Source: Pseudomonadota bacterium (GTDB lineage: Bacteria > Bdellovibrionota > FAC87 > UBA2466). From it: 64,000 bases of DNA. Positions 10,050 to 19,820 of this stretch are shown one piece after another (position 1 is the stretch's first letter; each line of letters starts with the position of its first letter). Location of the stretch: assembly GCA_043718025.1 (NCBI GenBank), contig JAYSWN010000068.1, positions 11,817 through 75,816 of the forward strand, read 5' to 3'. Below the pieces are notes generated by a model. It did no database searches, was not told where the DNA came from, and saw only the letters and a list, made by a program, of their open reading frames with translations. The translations under genes and the position numbers were made by a program.

Positions 10050-10973
10050 ATGGCTGATATTACTCCGCGCAAAGGTTCGCCGACGCAGTTCGCCTTATTC
10101 CGAATCCTGACCGCTTTGGCGATTCTTATCGGGGCAATCACAGGCTCGGTCGACGCGCCCATCTGGCTTCGCGTCGTCACCGGTTCAATTGCAGGTCTAT
10201 TGCTATTGGGGTGGCGGCGGCGAATCATGGCGGGCATTCTCATTCCCCTACTTCTTGCCAACTTCTGGCTCTCACCGCAATTGCCCTGGAGTTTATTGGT
10301 TCTCAACGCTAGCGCGGGTCTCCTGCTGGTCGCCGTTGCCGAGGGGGAACCCTTTGCGGCGATGTCGAATCGAAGGGCCGAATGGGAAGTGCCGCCAGCT
10401 TGGATGTGGTTCGCGGAAATTCTTTTTTTTGGGGCCGGCTGGTATTGCGTCTATTTGGTTTATCAGGTGGGCAGCAGCGCCGTCCTTTTTCAGCACGGTC
10501 TAATCTATTGGGTTTTACTATTTAGCTTAGTCGCGATTGATGCGCGCTGGATTCATCCAAAGTTCACCGCCGAGCCTCCGGTCGTTTTTTTTGATGGGGT
10601 GTGCGGCTTATGCAGTAGTTTCGTCGATTGGCTCTTTGCCGAAGACGCTAATCAAATTTTTAGGGTGAGTGCATTGCAAAGCCAGTACGCCAATAAAAAT
10701 TTAGACGTAGAGTATCGAGCGGTTGAAAATGAAGACCCCACTTCCCTGATCCTTAAAGATGAAACCGGAGTTTATAATAAATCTACGGCGGTAATTAAGG
10801 TGGCGGCCCGTTTAGGTGGCATGATGCGTTGGGCGGTGGTATTTCAAGTGGTGCCTCGCTTCGTACGCGATGGAGCCTACGATTTTGTCGCAAAGAATCG
10901 CTATAAATGGTTTGGGAAAAAAGAGAGCTGTCGTTTGCCGACCCGATCAGAGCGTAAGCGTTTTTTGATGTGA
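10050..10973 (+). CDS. membrane protein fused to DCC-family (DUF393) thiol-disulfide oxidoreductase domain
   Basis: A ~170-aa multi-TM N-terminus is followed by VVFFDGVCGLCSSFVDW, the CxxC hallmark of the DCC1-like family. Confidence 0.65.
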   Translation: MADITPRKGSPTQFALFRILTALAILIGAITGSVDAPIWLRVVTGSIAGLLLLGWRRRIMAGILIPLLLANFWLSPQLPWSLLVLNASAGLLLVAVAEGEPFAAMSNRRAEWEVPPAWMWFAEILFFGAGWYCVYLVYQVGSSAVLFQHGLIYWVLLFSLVAIDARWIHPKFTAEPPVVFFDGVCGLCSSFVDWLFAEDANQIFRVSALQSQYANKNLDVEYRAVENEDPTSLILKDETGVYNKSTAVIKVAARLGGMMRWAVVFQVVPRFVRDGAYDFVAKNRYKWFGKKESCRLPTRSERKRFLM

Positions 10974-11885
10974 TCGCCTCCGCCAGTAAGGCAGCAATTC
11001 AAACTCAAATTCGTACCCTTTTCTAAAGCGAATTTTTACGCACGCTAAACCAATGTGCTCACGGGTAAGGGTTGCGTAGGGAAACGCGTAATCTGAACCG
11101 TAAGCCTTGTCGCCGAGAATGGGGCTGCCTAAATAGGAAAGCTGGGCGCGAATTTGGTGGGTTCGGCCGGTGTGAAGCTGAAGCGTGAGCTCGTAAAGCT
11201 TTTCGGCCGGAGCCATTGCTTCGGCCTCCATCGTTGGTGAAAGGTAGGCGAACTTATCGCAGGTGTGAGTGGTGAGTTCACACTTTAACCAGCCCGTTTT
11301 CTCTTCTGCGCCCAAGGTTTTTGGGGCCCGATCCGATGGCTCCATAAAATGAGTTTTGCGGCCCGACGAAATCGGTTTTTGCACCAACGCTTTATAAAAC
11401 TTATCTACCTTGTGCTCCGACAGCGCTTTGTTAAACCATTCTTGAAACCGGCCGGTTTTTGCAAATACCACCAGCCCGCCTACCGGGACGTCGATTCTCT
11501 GGGTGACCAAAAGGTTGAGATGCGTCGCCTCGCGCATTTGGTGCAAGACATTTTCAATGCGATTGTCGACGGAAGCAATGGTGGGGATTCCCGGCGGTTT
11601 ATCCACGAGGATAAACTCTTCGTGCTCGTGTACCACACACTCTTTCCAGTTGATCTCATCCACCGCAAATCTTTTGGGTTTTAAATGCACTCGCAGGTAT
11701 TCGCCCGTTTCGAGCGGGCGGTCTTCAAGAATTCTTTTCTTGTTTTGGTAAATTGCCCCAAAATGAAACACCATGGCGATCTGCGCGGGGGTTAGGCCAA
11801 AGTGTTGGCTTAAGACCTCGGTTACCGTTGTATTCTGGTTCGTGATGTGGTGACGGACTTGGTGCGGTGGATCAGAGCGTGTCAT
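10947..11885 (-). CDS. RluA-family pseudouridine synthase
   Basis: Catalytic-Asp motif region TQRIDVPVGGLVVFAK and TGRTHQIRAQLSYLGSPILGDKAYG. Confidence 0.85.
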   Translation of the reverse strand: MTRSDPPHQVRHHITNQNTTVTEVLSQHFGLTPAQIAMVFHFGAIYQNKKRILEDRPLETGEYLRVHLKPKRFAVDEINWKECVVHEHEEFILVDKPPGIPTIASVDNRIENVLHQMREATHLNLLVTQRIDVPVGGLVVFAKTGRFQEWFNKALSEHKVDKFYKALVQKPISSGRKTHFMEPSDRAPKTLGAEEKTGWLKCELTTHTCDKFAYLSPTMEAEAMAPAEKLYELTLQLHTGRTHQIRAQLSYLGSPILGDKAYGSDYAFPYATLTREHIGLACVKIRFRKGYEFEFELLPYWRRRSHQKTLTL

Positions 11886-13932
11886 TCTCGGTCAACTGAC
11901 TTTCTTCGGCTAACTCTCCGCCATCATGCAGAACTAGCGGTAGAATAACCATGGCGAGTCCGGCAAAACGGATCTGCCTTTGAATGGCGTAAGCCGTTTC
12001 ATTGTGTAGAATTTTATCGAACCAAGTTGGCTTTTCGAATACCAACTCGCCGGCAAAAAAGATCGCGTGGGGATACTGGCGCGACAACTCGACGCAGAGG
12101 TTCGAGGCCTCGTAAACCACGTCAGTTCCGCTTTTAAAAGCGTAGCGGGCTGGTAAGCCAAGCCGATTCGATATCGCGACGTAGCTCGAAAGTGACTCTT
12201 CGGTGCGGCGCTCGAGAGATTCCACTTCGCCGCGTTTAAAAAACTCAGAATTGATCACGCCCACCGACAGAAACACCACGTTGTGAAAGGTGTTCGGAAA
12301 AAACCTTAGCACGGCCAATAAACTACGCCGGCCCAAACGGCTATAACCGCCCACCAAAATGACGGCGGTGGGTTTTTTGGCATCAAAATCGGGAAGAGGC
12401 CTGTTCTTAATCTCGGCCAACTGCGGCGACGGCACTACCACTTTCATTATGCGTGATTCAATGTGCTTAATCCGCTGGGCAATAAATTTGTAATGATTGC
12501 GAATCATTACGCAGATGCCGATGCAGCATCCGGTAATGACCATGGTCAACCAACCGCCTTGGGCAAATTTATCGACGAGCATCACCAGTAAGATCGAAAA
12601 GCAGAGCAAAAATCCCAGCGAATGTACCGCAATATTCTTCTTCCAATCCAGATGCTCAAACCGAGTGGTGTAGGTGTGTTTGATCATCGATGCCAACGAG
12701 ATAGAAAAGGTGATGAAAACGTTGATCGAGTACATCACAACCAGGGTGCCGATATGCCCTTGGGTGGCGATTAGCAGTAAAATGGCGCCGGCACCCATAA
12801 GAAAAATACCATTGTGCATCGTGAGTCGGTCGGTGAGACTTGAGAACCGCCGCGGCAACCACGAGTCAACCGCCATATTGGCCATCACGCGGGGGCCGTC
12901 GATGAAGCCAGTTTGGGCTGCGATCATCAGCAAAATACTTTCGGACAGAATTAAAATATATACAAACCAGGCTCCCACTCGCCAGCCGCCAATTGTCCAA
13001 TTGCCGGCAAAGGCCGTGGCGAGAACTGCGTTCAGCGTCTTACCCTCAATCGGGCGTACATCGTAAAGCATGTAACAAAGTAACAAGCCGCCGGCCGTGA
13101 TCGAGAGAGAAATCGCCAGGTAAAGCATGGTACGTTTGGCCGTGGCCACTCGCGGCTCACGCAAGGCGCCAACGCCGTTGGATACCGCTTCGATGCCGGT
13201 GTAAGTGCCACCGCCCATCGAATAAGCGTGCAGAAACAGCACGATCATTCCCCACCAGCCTAGAGTGGATTTTCCGGCATTAAACCCCGTTTGTGTGCGT
13301 TCGAGCAACGGAGCGAAATCAGAAAAATGCAATACGATTCCACCCACGATTAAAATCACGTGAGTCACCAAAAACAGGATGAAAAAAGGTACCACCACCT
13401 TAATCGACTCTTTAAGCCCGCGCAGATTTAGCAGAGTGAGAAAAACCAGGGCCAACAGCTCAACGGGAACTTTATAAAGCTGATACTCAAGCGGCAGTAG
13501 ACTGAAGATTGCGTCACCACCTCCGGCGATCGAGACGGTGATCGTTAAGATGTAGTCGACGAATAGGGCGCAGCCTGACACCACGCCGGCGGAGCGGCCC
13601 AAGAGTTGCGTCGCCACCACGTAGCCACCGCCACCATGCGGAAAATGTTCGATCAATTTACTGTAGGCGAAAGAAATAACGGAAACCGTAATCCCAGTGG
13701 CGAGAACCAGGCCAAGCGCCAGGTAAGAGTGTTGACCCAGAGCACGAAACGCCTCTTCGGGGCCGTACGCGGAGGACGACAGGCCGTCCACGCCTAAGCC
13801 AACCCAAGCTAAAAAGGCGACCAAAGACATCTTATGCCCAAGTTCGGGATCATGCGGGTCGCGGGCCTTGCCTAAAATCCCGTGCCATATCTTATCGAAT
13901 AGTGACCGCGGCAGACGAATGATCGGCGACAT
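11872..13932 (-). CDS. APC-superfamily permease with ~230-aa cytoplasmic C-terminal extension
   Basis: About 12 TM helices with amino-acid/polyamine permease-like composition, then a soluble C-terminal domain. Confidence 0.75.
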   Translation of the reverse strand: MSPIIRLPRSLFDKIWHGILGKARDPHDPELGHKMSLVAFLAWVGLGVDGLSSSAYGPEEAFRALGQHSYLALGLVLATGITVSVISFAYSKLIEHFPHGGGGYVVATQLLGRSAGVVSGCALFVDYILTITVSIAGGGDAIFSLLPLEYQLYKVPVELLALVFLTLLNLRGLKESIKVVVPFFILFLVTHVILIVGGIVLHFSDFAPLLERTQTGFNAGKSTLGWWGMIVLFLHAYSMGGGTYTGIEAVSNGVGALREPRVATAKRTMLYLAISLSITAGGLLLCYMLYDVRPIEGKTLNAVLATAFAGNWTIGGWRVGAWFVYILILSESILLMIAAQTGFIDGPRVMANMAVDSWLPRRFSSLTDRLTMHNGIFLMGAGAILLLIATQGHIGTLVVMYSINVFITFSISLASMIKHTYTTRFEHLDWKKNIAVHSLGFLLCFSILLVMLVDKFAQGGWLTMVITGCCIGICVMIRNHYKFIAQRIKHIESRIMKVVVPSPQLAEIKNRPLPDFDAKKPTAVILVGGYSRLGRRSLLAVLRFFPNTFHNVVFLSVGVINSEFFKRGEVESLERRTEESLSSYVAISNRLGLPARYAFKSGTDVVYEASNLCVELSRQYPHAIFFAGELVFEKPTWFDKILHNETAYAIQRQIRFAGLAMVILPLVLHDGGELAEESQLTENDTL

Positions 13933-14049
13933 GCCGGCTTTGTTCTTTTTTCCTAAATCGAGGATGGTTGGCCCCTTGCTGCGCGGAGTTCAAAAATTAG
14001 TGATTGCCCATTATTCCGCCAGCTTGTGCAATTACCAACAAAAAAATGG

Positions 14050-15036
14050 TTAGCGTGATTTCAGCCACGTTTCGCCAAAATCGTGAACCACCTCGGCGGC
14101 CGGAAGCACTTTATGGATGGTGGCCACGCTTTTTCCGGCCTGCCAGAAATCTAGGTACCCCAGCCCTTTTAACGATGCTTTCTTCAATGTCCGAAAGGAA
14201 CGCAGGCTGTAATAAAGGCGAATCCAATGTTTGGTTCTCGGATGTTTGAGTAACCAGCGCGAAATTGGCCCAGCGGTAGTCCCAAATTTCTTTACCGATG
14301 CCGTGGCAATGACTGAAACCGGAACGCCGGTGAGCCGCTCCGTGAGTATGATGTCGGACTCTTTGGCGTCGATGATCGCCTTTTTGTAATCATCGTGGGC
14401 AGTGCACTCTAGGGTAGCAATAAAGCGCGTTCCCATTTGCACGGCCGAATAACCTTGATTTAACGCCTGCATAAATCCTTGGGCGTCTCCCACTCCGCCG
14501 GCGCTAATTAAGGGAACTTTTAAGGACGCCAGATCTTGGAATAGTTCTTCGGGAGATTTGATACCGGCGTGGCCGCCCGCCCGGCGGTTTACGCAGATCA
14601 ATCCGTCAACTCCGGCGGCCAAGGCTTTTTCAGCCCATTTGCGCTCGGTGACATCATGAAAGACCAAACCACCCATGGGTTTGACGCGGTCGACGATCCA
14701 CTTAGGATTGCCGAGCGCGGTGACGAAAAACCGACAGCCTTCTTCTAGTGCGATGTCTAGCCAGGCACGCATTCTATCGAGGTAAATCTTAGACGACGCT
14801 TCGGTGAGTATGTTGAAGCCGTAAGGTTTTGCGGTGAGGGAACGAATGTGTTTAAGCCCGGCTCGCAAATCGTATTTATAGACGTAAACCAGAGACAAAG
14901 GCTGCACGATTCCCAGGCCTCCCGCTTCGCTGACCGCGGCGACCAGCTCTGGGTTGCTGCACGGGTACATTGCGCCGCAGATAACCGGGTATTTAACGCC
15001 AACTTTTTTCACCCAAATTTCAGAAGGACTCTGCAT
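14050..15036 (-). CDS. NAD(P)H-dependent flavin oxidoreductase / nitronate monooxygenase family
   Basis: FMN TIM-barrel motifs YPVICGAM, AGGLGIV, RRAGGHAG, SAGGVGD. Confidence 0.8.
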   Translation of the reverse strand: MQSPSEIWVKKVGVKYPVICGAMYPCSNPELVAAVSEAGGLGIVQPLSLVYVYKYDLRAGLKHIRSLTAKPYGFNILTEASSKIYLDRMRAWLDIALEEGCRFFVTALGNPKWIVDRVKPMGGLVFHDVTERKWAEKALAAGVDGLICVNRRAGGHAGIKSPEELFQDLASLKVPLISAGGVGDAQGFMQALNQGYSAVQMGTRFIATLECTAHDDYKKAIIDAKESDIILTERLTGVPVSVIATASVKKFGTTAGPISRWLLKHPRTKHWIRLYYSLRSFRTLKKASLKGLGYLDFWQAGKSVATIHKVLPAAEVVHDFGETWLKSR

Positions 15037-15101
15037 GGGAGACGTTTAACAGGTGCCATACCTGTTTTCAAACTATGCCGTTTGCGCTTTAATCAAAATC
15101 C

Positions 15102-15722
15102 GTGACCCCTGACCTTGATTCCACACTGTTGTCTGCCCGTGATTTGGGCTATTGCACGGATGGCGGCCATTTTCTTTTTCAGAACCTGAATTTTTCCTTG
15201 GCGGCCGGGGAGATCTTGTGGGTGCGGGGGCCGTTGGGTTCGGGAAAATCGACGCTACTTCGTCTGCTCGGCGGCACGCAGGTGGCCAGCTCGGGTGACG
15301 TCGAAAGGCAAATGGAGCCCGAGGAAATTGGTTTTATTCCGCAGCTTCGTAATGCCGTGTTTCACTTGCCGCAAACTTTCTTGGGCATTTTAGAGGGGGA
15401 GGCCGGAGATCGGGAATCCGCCCTGAAACTAGAATCGCTCGGTCTACTGGACAAGAACGATTTTTCACTCAGTTGGAAAGCGGCGAGTCAGGCGATGCGG
15501 CAACGACTGCTTTTAACCATTGCACTAATGAAGCAACCGCGTTTGTTGATTCTTGACGACCCGTTCCACGATTCAGACGCTCAAGGTCAAGACCGTATCA
15601 GCTTGGCTCTGGTGGAGTTTTTGGAGGGTGACACCAGCTCAAGTCTCGTGTTGGTATCGGCCACCCCCCTTGATGACATCGCCAGTTTCGGCATTCCTAT
15701 TCGACAGATTTCTCTAGGCTAG
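15102..15722 (+). CDS. orphan ABC-type ATPase-like protein with degenerate motifs
   Basis: Walker A GPLGSGKST is intact. Walker B reads LLILDDP (D replaces the catalytic E). The signature LSGGQ is degenerate (AASQAMRQR). No permease gene is adjacent. Confidence 0.6.
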   Translation: MTPDLDSTLLSARDLGYCTDGGHFLFQNLNFSLAAGEILWVRGPLGSGKSTLLRLLGGTQVASSGDVERQMEPEEIGFIPQLRNAVFHLPQTFLGILEGEAGDRESALKLESLGLLDKNDFSLSWKAASQAMRQRLLLTIALMKQPRLLILDDPFHDSDAQGQDRISLALVEFLEGDTSSSLVLVSATPLDDIASFGIPIRQISLG

Positions 15723-15802
15723 GCAGTTTAGGCTGACACTCGCGGCAAAATTCGGTTAAAATTAGGGTTAGGTATAGACGCATCACAACATTGGAGTGGC
15801 TC

Positions 15803-16006
15803 ATGGAAATTACCTTTTACGATGTGAAAACCCGCGCCAAAGTACAAGTGCCGGTGTCCGCAGTGAAACGAATCAAGATTACCAAGACTAATAAAGATGG
15901 CACGCTGCAGATTCGGTATGCGGTAAAGGGTAGTTACGAAGGCCGTACCGTCACCAAGTTCGTGTCGAAGGTCGATTACGACTCCATTCAAGCGCCAGAA
16001 GAATAA
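15803..16006 (+). CDS. small basic hypothetical protein (67 aa)
   Basis: ATG 15803 is preceded by GGAG 7 nt upstream. The protein is Lys/Arg-rich (13 K/R versus 8 D/E) and is followed by a palindromic hairpin. Confidence 0.5.
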   Translation: MEITFYDVKTRAKVQVPVSAVKRIKITKTNKDGTLQIRYAVKGSYEGRTVTKFVSKVDYDSIQAPEE

Positions 16007-16040
16007 ATTTTTTAATACGAGTTTGTCTCTGGATCTATAA

Positions 16041-16060
16041 AAGGCGAGCTAGCTCGCCTT
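16041..16060. terminator. perfect 20-nt palindrome / hairpin between convergent genes
   Basis: AAGGCGAGCT|AGCTCGCCTT is exactly self-complementary and overlaps the last codons of the response-regulator gene. The flanking U-tracts are weak on both strands. Confidence 0.4.
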
Positions 16061-16705
16061 TCGTATTTCACGGTTAGGGTGCGGCCAAAGGCGTTTCCAT
16101 GAGAAACCCATGTTGGCTATGACTTGGATCTTTTGCGAGGCAATGGCTTCGTCCACGGATCGGGCATCTTTAGACTCAAATCCGGGCGGCACCAATATAT
16201 AGACCGTCATTCCTTGATAGCTCGATTGATAGACATCAACCGGTTTCCCGGCGGCATGTCCCGCTAACGCGGTCAGCGCTGAATCGCGCACGCGTAACTG
16301 AAATAGCAACGTCTTCAATGACGTAAAATCGAGCTGCATTAAGTGTTTGCTAAGACGACTAACCAGGTCATCTGACTTAAACGGTTTGGCAAGAAAATCG
16401 TCGCCGCCGAGACGGGATACTACCTGAGTTTTCTCGTGTGAAGGGTCACCGCTGACCAGTACTACTGGGATCTGGCACCAGTTTTCATTTTTTTTAAGTG
16501 CCTCAAGTGCGGCGAGGCCTCCCGTGCCGGGCATCGCAATGTCCAAAATAATCAGATGGGGTGACTCAGTGGCGACCTTGGTTAGGCAATCATCGCCAGA
16601 ATTCGCCACGATCACCTCGTACCCCTTCTTCTCTAGAAGGCGTCGCATCATGAACTGGATGCCAGCGTCGTCGTCAACGACCAAAATTTTCTTCGGACTA
16701 ACCAT
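16049..16705 (-). CDS. response regulator (REC domain plus ~90-aa uncharacterised C-terminal region)
   Basis: KILVVDDD...LIILDIAMPGTGG...VVLVSG...DDFLAKPF receiver motifs. It starts 4 nt after the upstream kinase stop. Confidence 0.85.
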   Translation of the reverse strand: MVSPKKILVVDDDAGIQFMMRRLLEKKGYEVIVANSGDDCLTKVATESPHLIILDIAMPGTGGLAALEALKKNENWCQIPVVLVSGDPSHEKTQVVSRLGGDDFLAKPFKSDDLVSRLSKHLMQLDFTSLKTLLFQLRVRDSALTALAGHAAGKPVDVYQSSYQGMTVYILVPPGFESKDARSVDEAIASQKIQVIANMGFSWKRLWPHPNREIRKAS

Positions 16706-16709
16706 TGAT

Positions 16710-18509
16710 CTAACTTTCCTTCTTCACAAACTCAGCCGCTTGGTTTCCCGTTCGTACAAATAGCGACACCGTTTTCAAAAGTGCTTTTCCAGAAAAGGGC
16801 TTTTGCAAAAGAACCATGGCTCCCGCTTCGCGTGCGTCCAACGCCATATCTTCAATCAAACCGCTCATGGCCAACATCGGGATTTCGGGAGCAATCGTGC
16901 GCAAGGCCCGCATGGTTGAAGCGCCATCCATCAACGGCATCATCATGTCGCATAGAACCAAATCAATCGGTGTTTTGCGTTCGGCCATGATCGCGACGGC
17001 GTCGGTGCCGTCCGCCGCGGTAACCACGTTATACCCCCAGTTTTTCAGCGTCTGCTCCGTCATTTGTCTCACCGACGGTTCGTCATCAACGATCAGAATG
17101 GTCTCACCGTTGCCCCGGGGCACGGGGAAGGGGTCTGCATTTTCTCGAAATTCAGGATTCTTAATCGCCGGAAACCACACCTTAAATTTTGTCCCTTTTT
17201 GTTTTTGGGTCATCACGCTTAAGAAGCCGCCGTGGGCGCGGACGATACCTAAAACGGTAGAGAGGCCGAGGCCCGTCCCTTTTCCAATGCCCTTCGTCGT
17301 GAAGAAAGGGTCAAAAATTTTGTCGATGATCTCCGGTGGAATGCCGCTGCCGGTGTCTTCGATCTGTAAAAGCACATGGGGTCCGCTGCTGGCTTCGGAG
17401 TTTTGGGCCGACTGAATATCGTCGACGATCACGTTGCTGACGTTGACCGAAAGGCTGCCTTGGGCTGGCATCGCATCCCGAGCGTTCAAACAAAGGTTCA
17501 TCAGCACTTGCGAGATTTGTATCTCTTCGCCAATTACGCCCCAAAGGTCGTGTGGGATTTGAACATTGATCTTGATGCCCTTGGGCAGGCTGTGCCGCAA
17601 GATTTCTTCGCTATCACGAATCACCCGAGCGAAGTCCACGTGATCTCTACCCGGTTTAAAACCACCTACGAATAATAATATCTGGCGCATGATGGCCTGC
17701 ACCCGCTCGGCATTTTTTCGGATCAGGCTGGCTAAATTTTTGGTGTCATTTCCTTCGGGGTCGTTCTCAATCATCTCGGCGCCAAAAAGAATCGGAAGCA
17801 GTGCGTTGTTCACGTCGTGCGCAATTCCACTGGCGAGGGTTCCCATGCTCTGCAGCCGCTCGGATCGCAATCGTGCGGATTCCCGTTGTTCTGAGACCGG
17901 TTCGACAACTGCCGAGTAGTTGGCGGTCTTACCCTCGCCAGTGCGGTATCCGTGAATAAGCCAGCGAGCCATCTCATTGGCCGTGCCGGTGGCGTCTTCA
18001 ATTTCGATTGACACATGTCCTTGGTTTTTCAGCTCATCCCACCACCGGCGCTTTTTTGCCGGGCTGGCGGCGAACAATAAATCAATTGAATCATGTTGGG
18101 CTAGAGCTTTTACCGGGTAGCCACTGCGGGCCAGGCCTTCGAAATTCGTCGATAAAATTTTTCCTTCGGCATCAAACTGAAAAAGGCCAATGTGGCGATT
18201 TAGAGACGGGGCGTCGGCTGTCTTTACTTTCGTAGAGGTATTCACGAGTTTAAGCGGCGTGGTTTTTGCGGTTTGTGATTGGGAAGCTAGATTTTCGGTG
18301 AGTCGTAAAGTAATCAAAACGAGGAGCGCGCTAACCAGGGTGGCAAGCCACGTAAATGGGATCAAAGCAGTCACGGCTGGTACCAGTCCAACGCAAACCG
18401 CCGCAACTGCAGAGCGGGGTATTCGGCGCAGCCGTTGCTGAATTGGCAAGTCGGAAGTGGGCGCTACCCTAAGTTGTGACTCCGCCAGATTTTTTTCGAT
18501 TTTTGCCAT
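16710..18509 (-). CDS. hybrid sensor histidine kinase (TM-PAS-HisKA-HATPase_c-REC)
   Basis: H-box SGIAHDVNNAL, N-box NLCLNARDAM, DTGSGIP, GTGLGLS, and a C-terminal REC (ILIVDDE...LVLCDMMMPLMDG). ATG 18509 (MAKIEKN) is chosen because the longer ORF to 18758 would overlap the divergent P450 start. Confidence 0.85.
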   Translation of the reverse strand: MAKIEKNLAESQLRVAPTSDLPIQQRLRRIPRSAVAAVCVGLVPAVTALIPFTWLATLVSALLVLITLRLTENLASQSQTAKTTPLKLVNTSTKVKTADAPSLNRHIGLFQFDAEGKILSTNFEGLARSGYPVKALAQHDSIDLLFAASPAKKRRWWDELKNQGHVSIEIEDATGTANEMARWLIHGYRTGEGKTANYSAVVEPVSEQRESARLRSERLQSMGTLASGIAHDVNNALLPILFGAEMIENDPEGNDTKNLASLIRKNAERVQAIMRQILLFVGGFKPGRDHVDFARVIRDSEEILRHSLPKGIKINVQIPHDLWGVIGEEIQISQVLMNLCLNARDAMPAQGSLSVNVSNVIVDDIQSAQNSEASSGPHVLLQIEDTGSGIPPEIIDKIFDPFFTTKGIGKGTGLGLSTVLGIVRAHGGFLSVMTQKQKGTKFKVWFPAIKNPEFRENADPFPVPRGNGETILIVDDEPSVRQMTEQTLKNWGYNVVTAADGTDAVAIMAERKTPIDLVLCDMMMPLMDGASTMRALRTIAPEIPMLAMSGLIEDMALDAREAGAMVLLQKPFSGKALLKTVSLFVRTGNQAAEFVKKES

Positions 18510-18575
18510 TTTATACCGGTACCTTTTCCTTTTCGGCTTAAGGCGTGATTTAATTTCGTTAAAAATGAGGTTCCG

Positions 18576-19820
18576 TTGAGTCTTCCCCATGGCCCGTCTC
18601 AAAGCCCGATCGAACAGACCTTTCATTGGTTCTCTAGGCCCTATGCCTTCTTGGACGAGTGCTCGGCTCAGTTTGGAGAAACCTTTTGCCTGAATTTTCA
18701 AGGCCTTGGCCCTCATGTGGTGACATCCGATCCGGAGTTCATTAGGGCAATTTTTCAAGGTGATGCGACCCAGTTTTTAGGCGGACAGGGAAAAGAGATG
18801 TTGCGTCCCTTTCTCGGAGAAAATTCAATACTTCTCACCGATGGCCCGCTGTACCAAAAGCACCGCAAGGGCATGTTGCCGCTTTTTCGGCCGCCCTGGC
18901 TCGAATTGTGGAGAGACTCACTCAATGAGGTGACCGCCGAATGGTTGAGGGCATGCCGCAAAGAAAACCTTGTCCACGAGTTTTGTCTCGAAATTTCGCT
19001 TCATTTAATAGTTCGTGCGATCTTCGGCAAGGCAAGTGCCGCCACCGCCATTTCAGAGGTGGTTTTAGCGTTCATGACCGGTGTGAATTTTAATGCGCAG
19101 GCCGCTCTCGATGAGGGCGGCGGGGGCAAGGCGATGGAACGACTCCATCGGAATTTGAATCGGCTGGACACGGTAGTCGCCGCCGAAATTGCGCGTCAGA
19201 AAAATAATCCAGACGAGGAGGCTTTGCTTTTTGGTTTAGTGAAAACCGCCGAGTCCGAGGCCTGGAATGAAAAAGAGATTCGCGATCAAGTGGTGACGTT
19301 ACTTATCGCTGGCCATGAGACCACGGCCACTACGCTTGCCTGGACTCTTTTCGAAATCGCCAAATCTCCGTCCACAAAAAAAAGAATGGAGGCCTCTTGC
19401 GACGTTGCTTTTTTCGATTCAGTGATCAAAGAAGGGATGCGACTTTGGCCGGTGATTCCGGTCGTGGCCAGAAAATTGGATTCGGTTTTTTCGTTCGGCG
19501 AATGGACGTTTGAAAAAGGGGTGCATTTGGTTCCGTGCGTTTATCTGGCGCACCGCAGGTCTAGCGCGTTCAAGAATCCAACGCAGTTTTTACCCGATCG
19601 GTTTTTAACGCTGGATCCTTCGCCGTTCGAGTATCTCCCTTTTGGTGGCGGAGTGCGGCGTTGCCTGGGAATGGGAATGGCGATGGAAGAGATGAACGCG
19701 GTGCTTCGCCAACTATTTCAACACTATCAGATTGAGTTCAGCGGAATGGAAAAGGTAAGGCCGGCACGACGCAGTGTGGCAATTATTCCGTCCGGTCCTT
19801 TTCGTCTGAAATTGCTATAA
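18576..19820 (+). CDS. cytochrome P450
   Basis: I-helix LLIAGHETTATT, ExxR (KEGMRLWP), and the heme-Cys motif FGGGVRRCLGMGMA. The TTG start has GAGG 5 nt upstream. Confidence 0.9.
   Translation: MSLPHGPSQSPIEQTFHWFSRPYAFLDECSAQFGETFCLNFQGLGPHVVTSDPEFIRAIFQGDATQFLGGQGKEMLRPFLGENSILLTDGPLYQKHRKGMLPLFRPPWLELWRDSLNEVTAEWLRACRKENLVHEFCLEISLHLIVRAIFGKASAATAISEVVLAFMTGVNFNAQAALDEGGGGKAMERLHRNLNRLDTVVAAEIARQKNNPDEEALLFGLVKTAESEAWNEKEIRDQVVTLLIAGHETTATTLAWTLFEIAKSPSTKKRMEASCDVAFFDSVIKEGMRLWPVIPVVARKLDSVFSFGEWTFEKGVHLVPCVYLAHRRSSAFKNPTQFLPDRFLTLDPSPFEYLPFGGGVRRCLGMGMAMEEMNAVLRQLFQHYQIEFSGMEKVRPARRSVAIIPSGPFRLKLL

Noticed and set aside
10947-10973. 27-nt convergent overlap between the DCC-domain gene and the pseudouridine synthase gene.
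   Set aside because: Short convergent 3' overlaps are common in compact genomes, and nothing further is unusual here.
16816-17415. 199-aa ORF antisense to the hybrid histidine kinase.
   Set aside because: The opposite strand carries unmistakable HATPase/REC motifs, so this is a shadow ORF.
18510-18758. N-terminal 83-aa extension of the hybrid kinase ORF.
   Set aside because: It would overlap the divergent P450 start by 183 nt. The internal ATG 18509 precedes the TM segment and avoids the overlap. This is still unproven.
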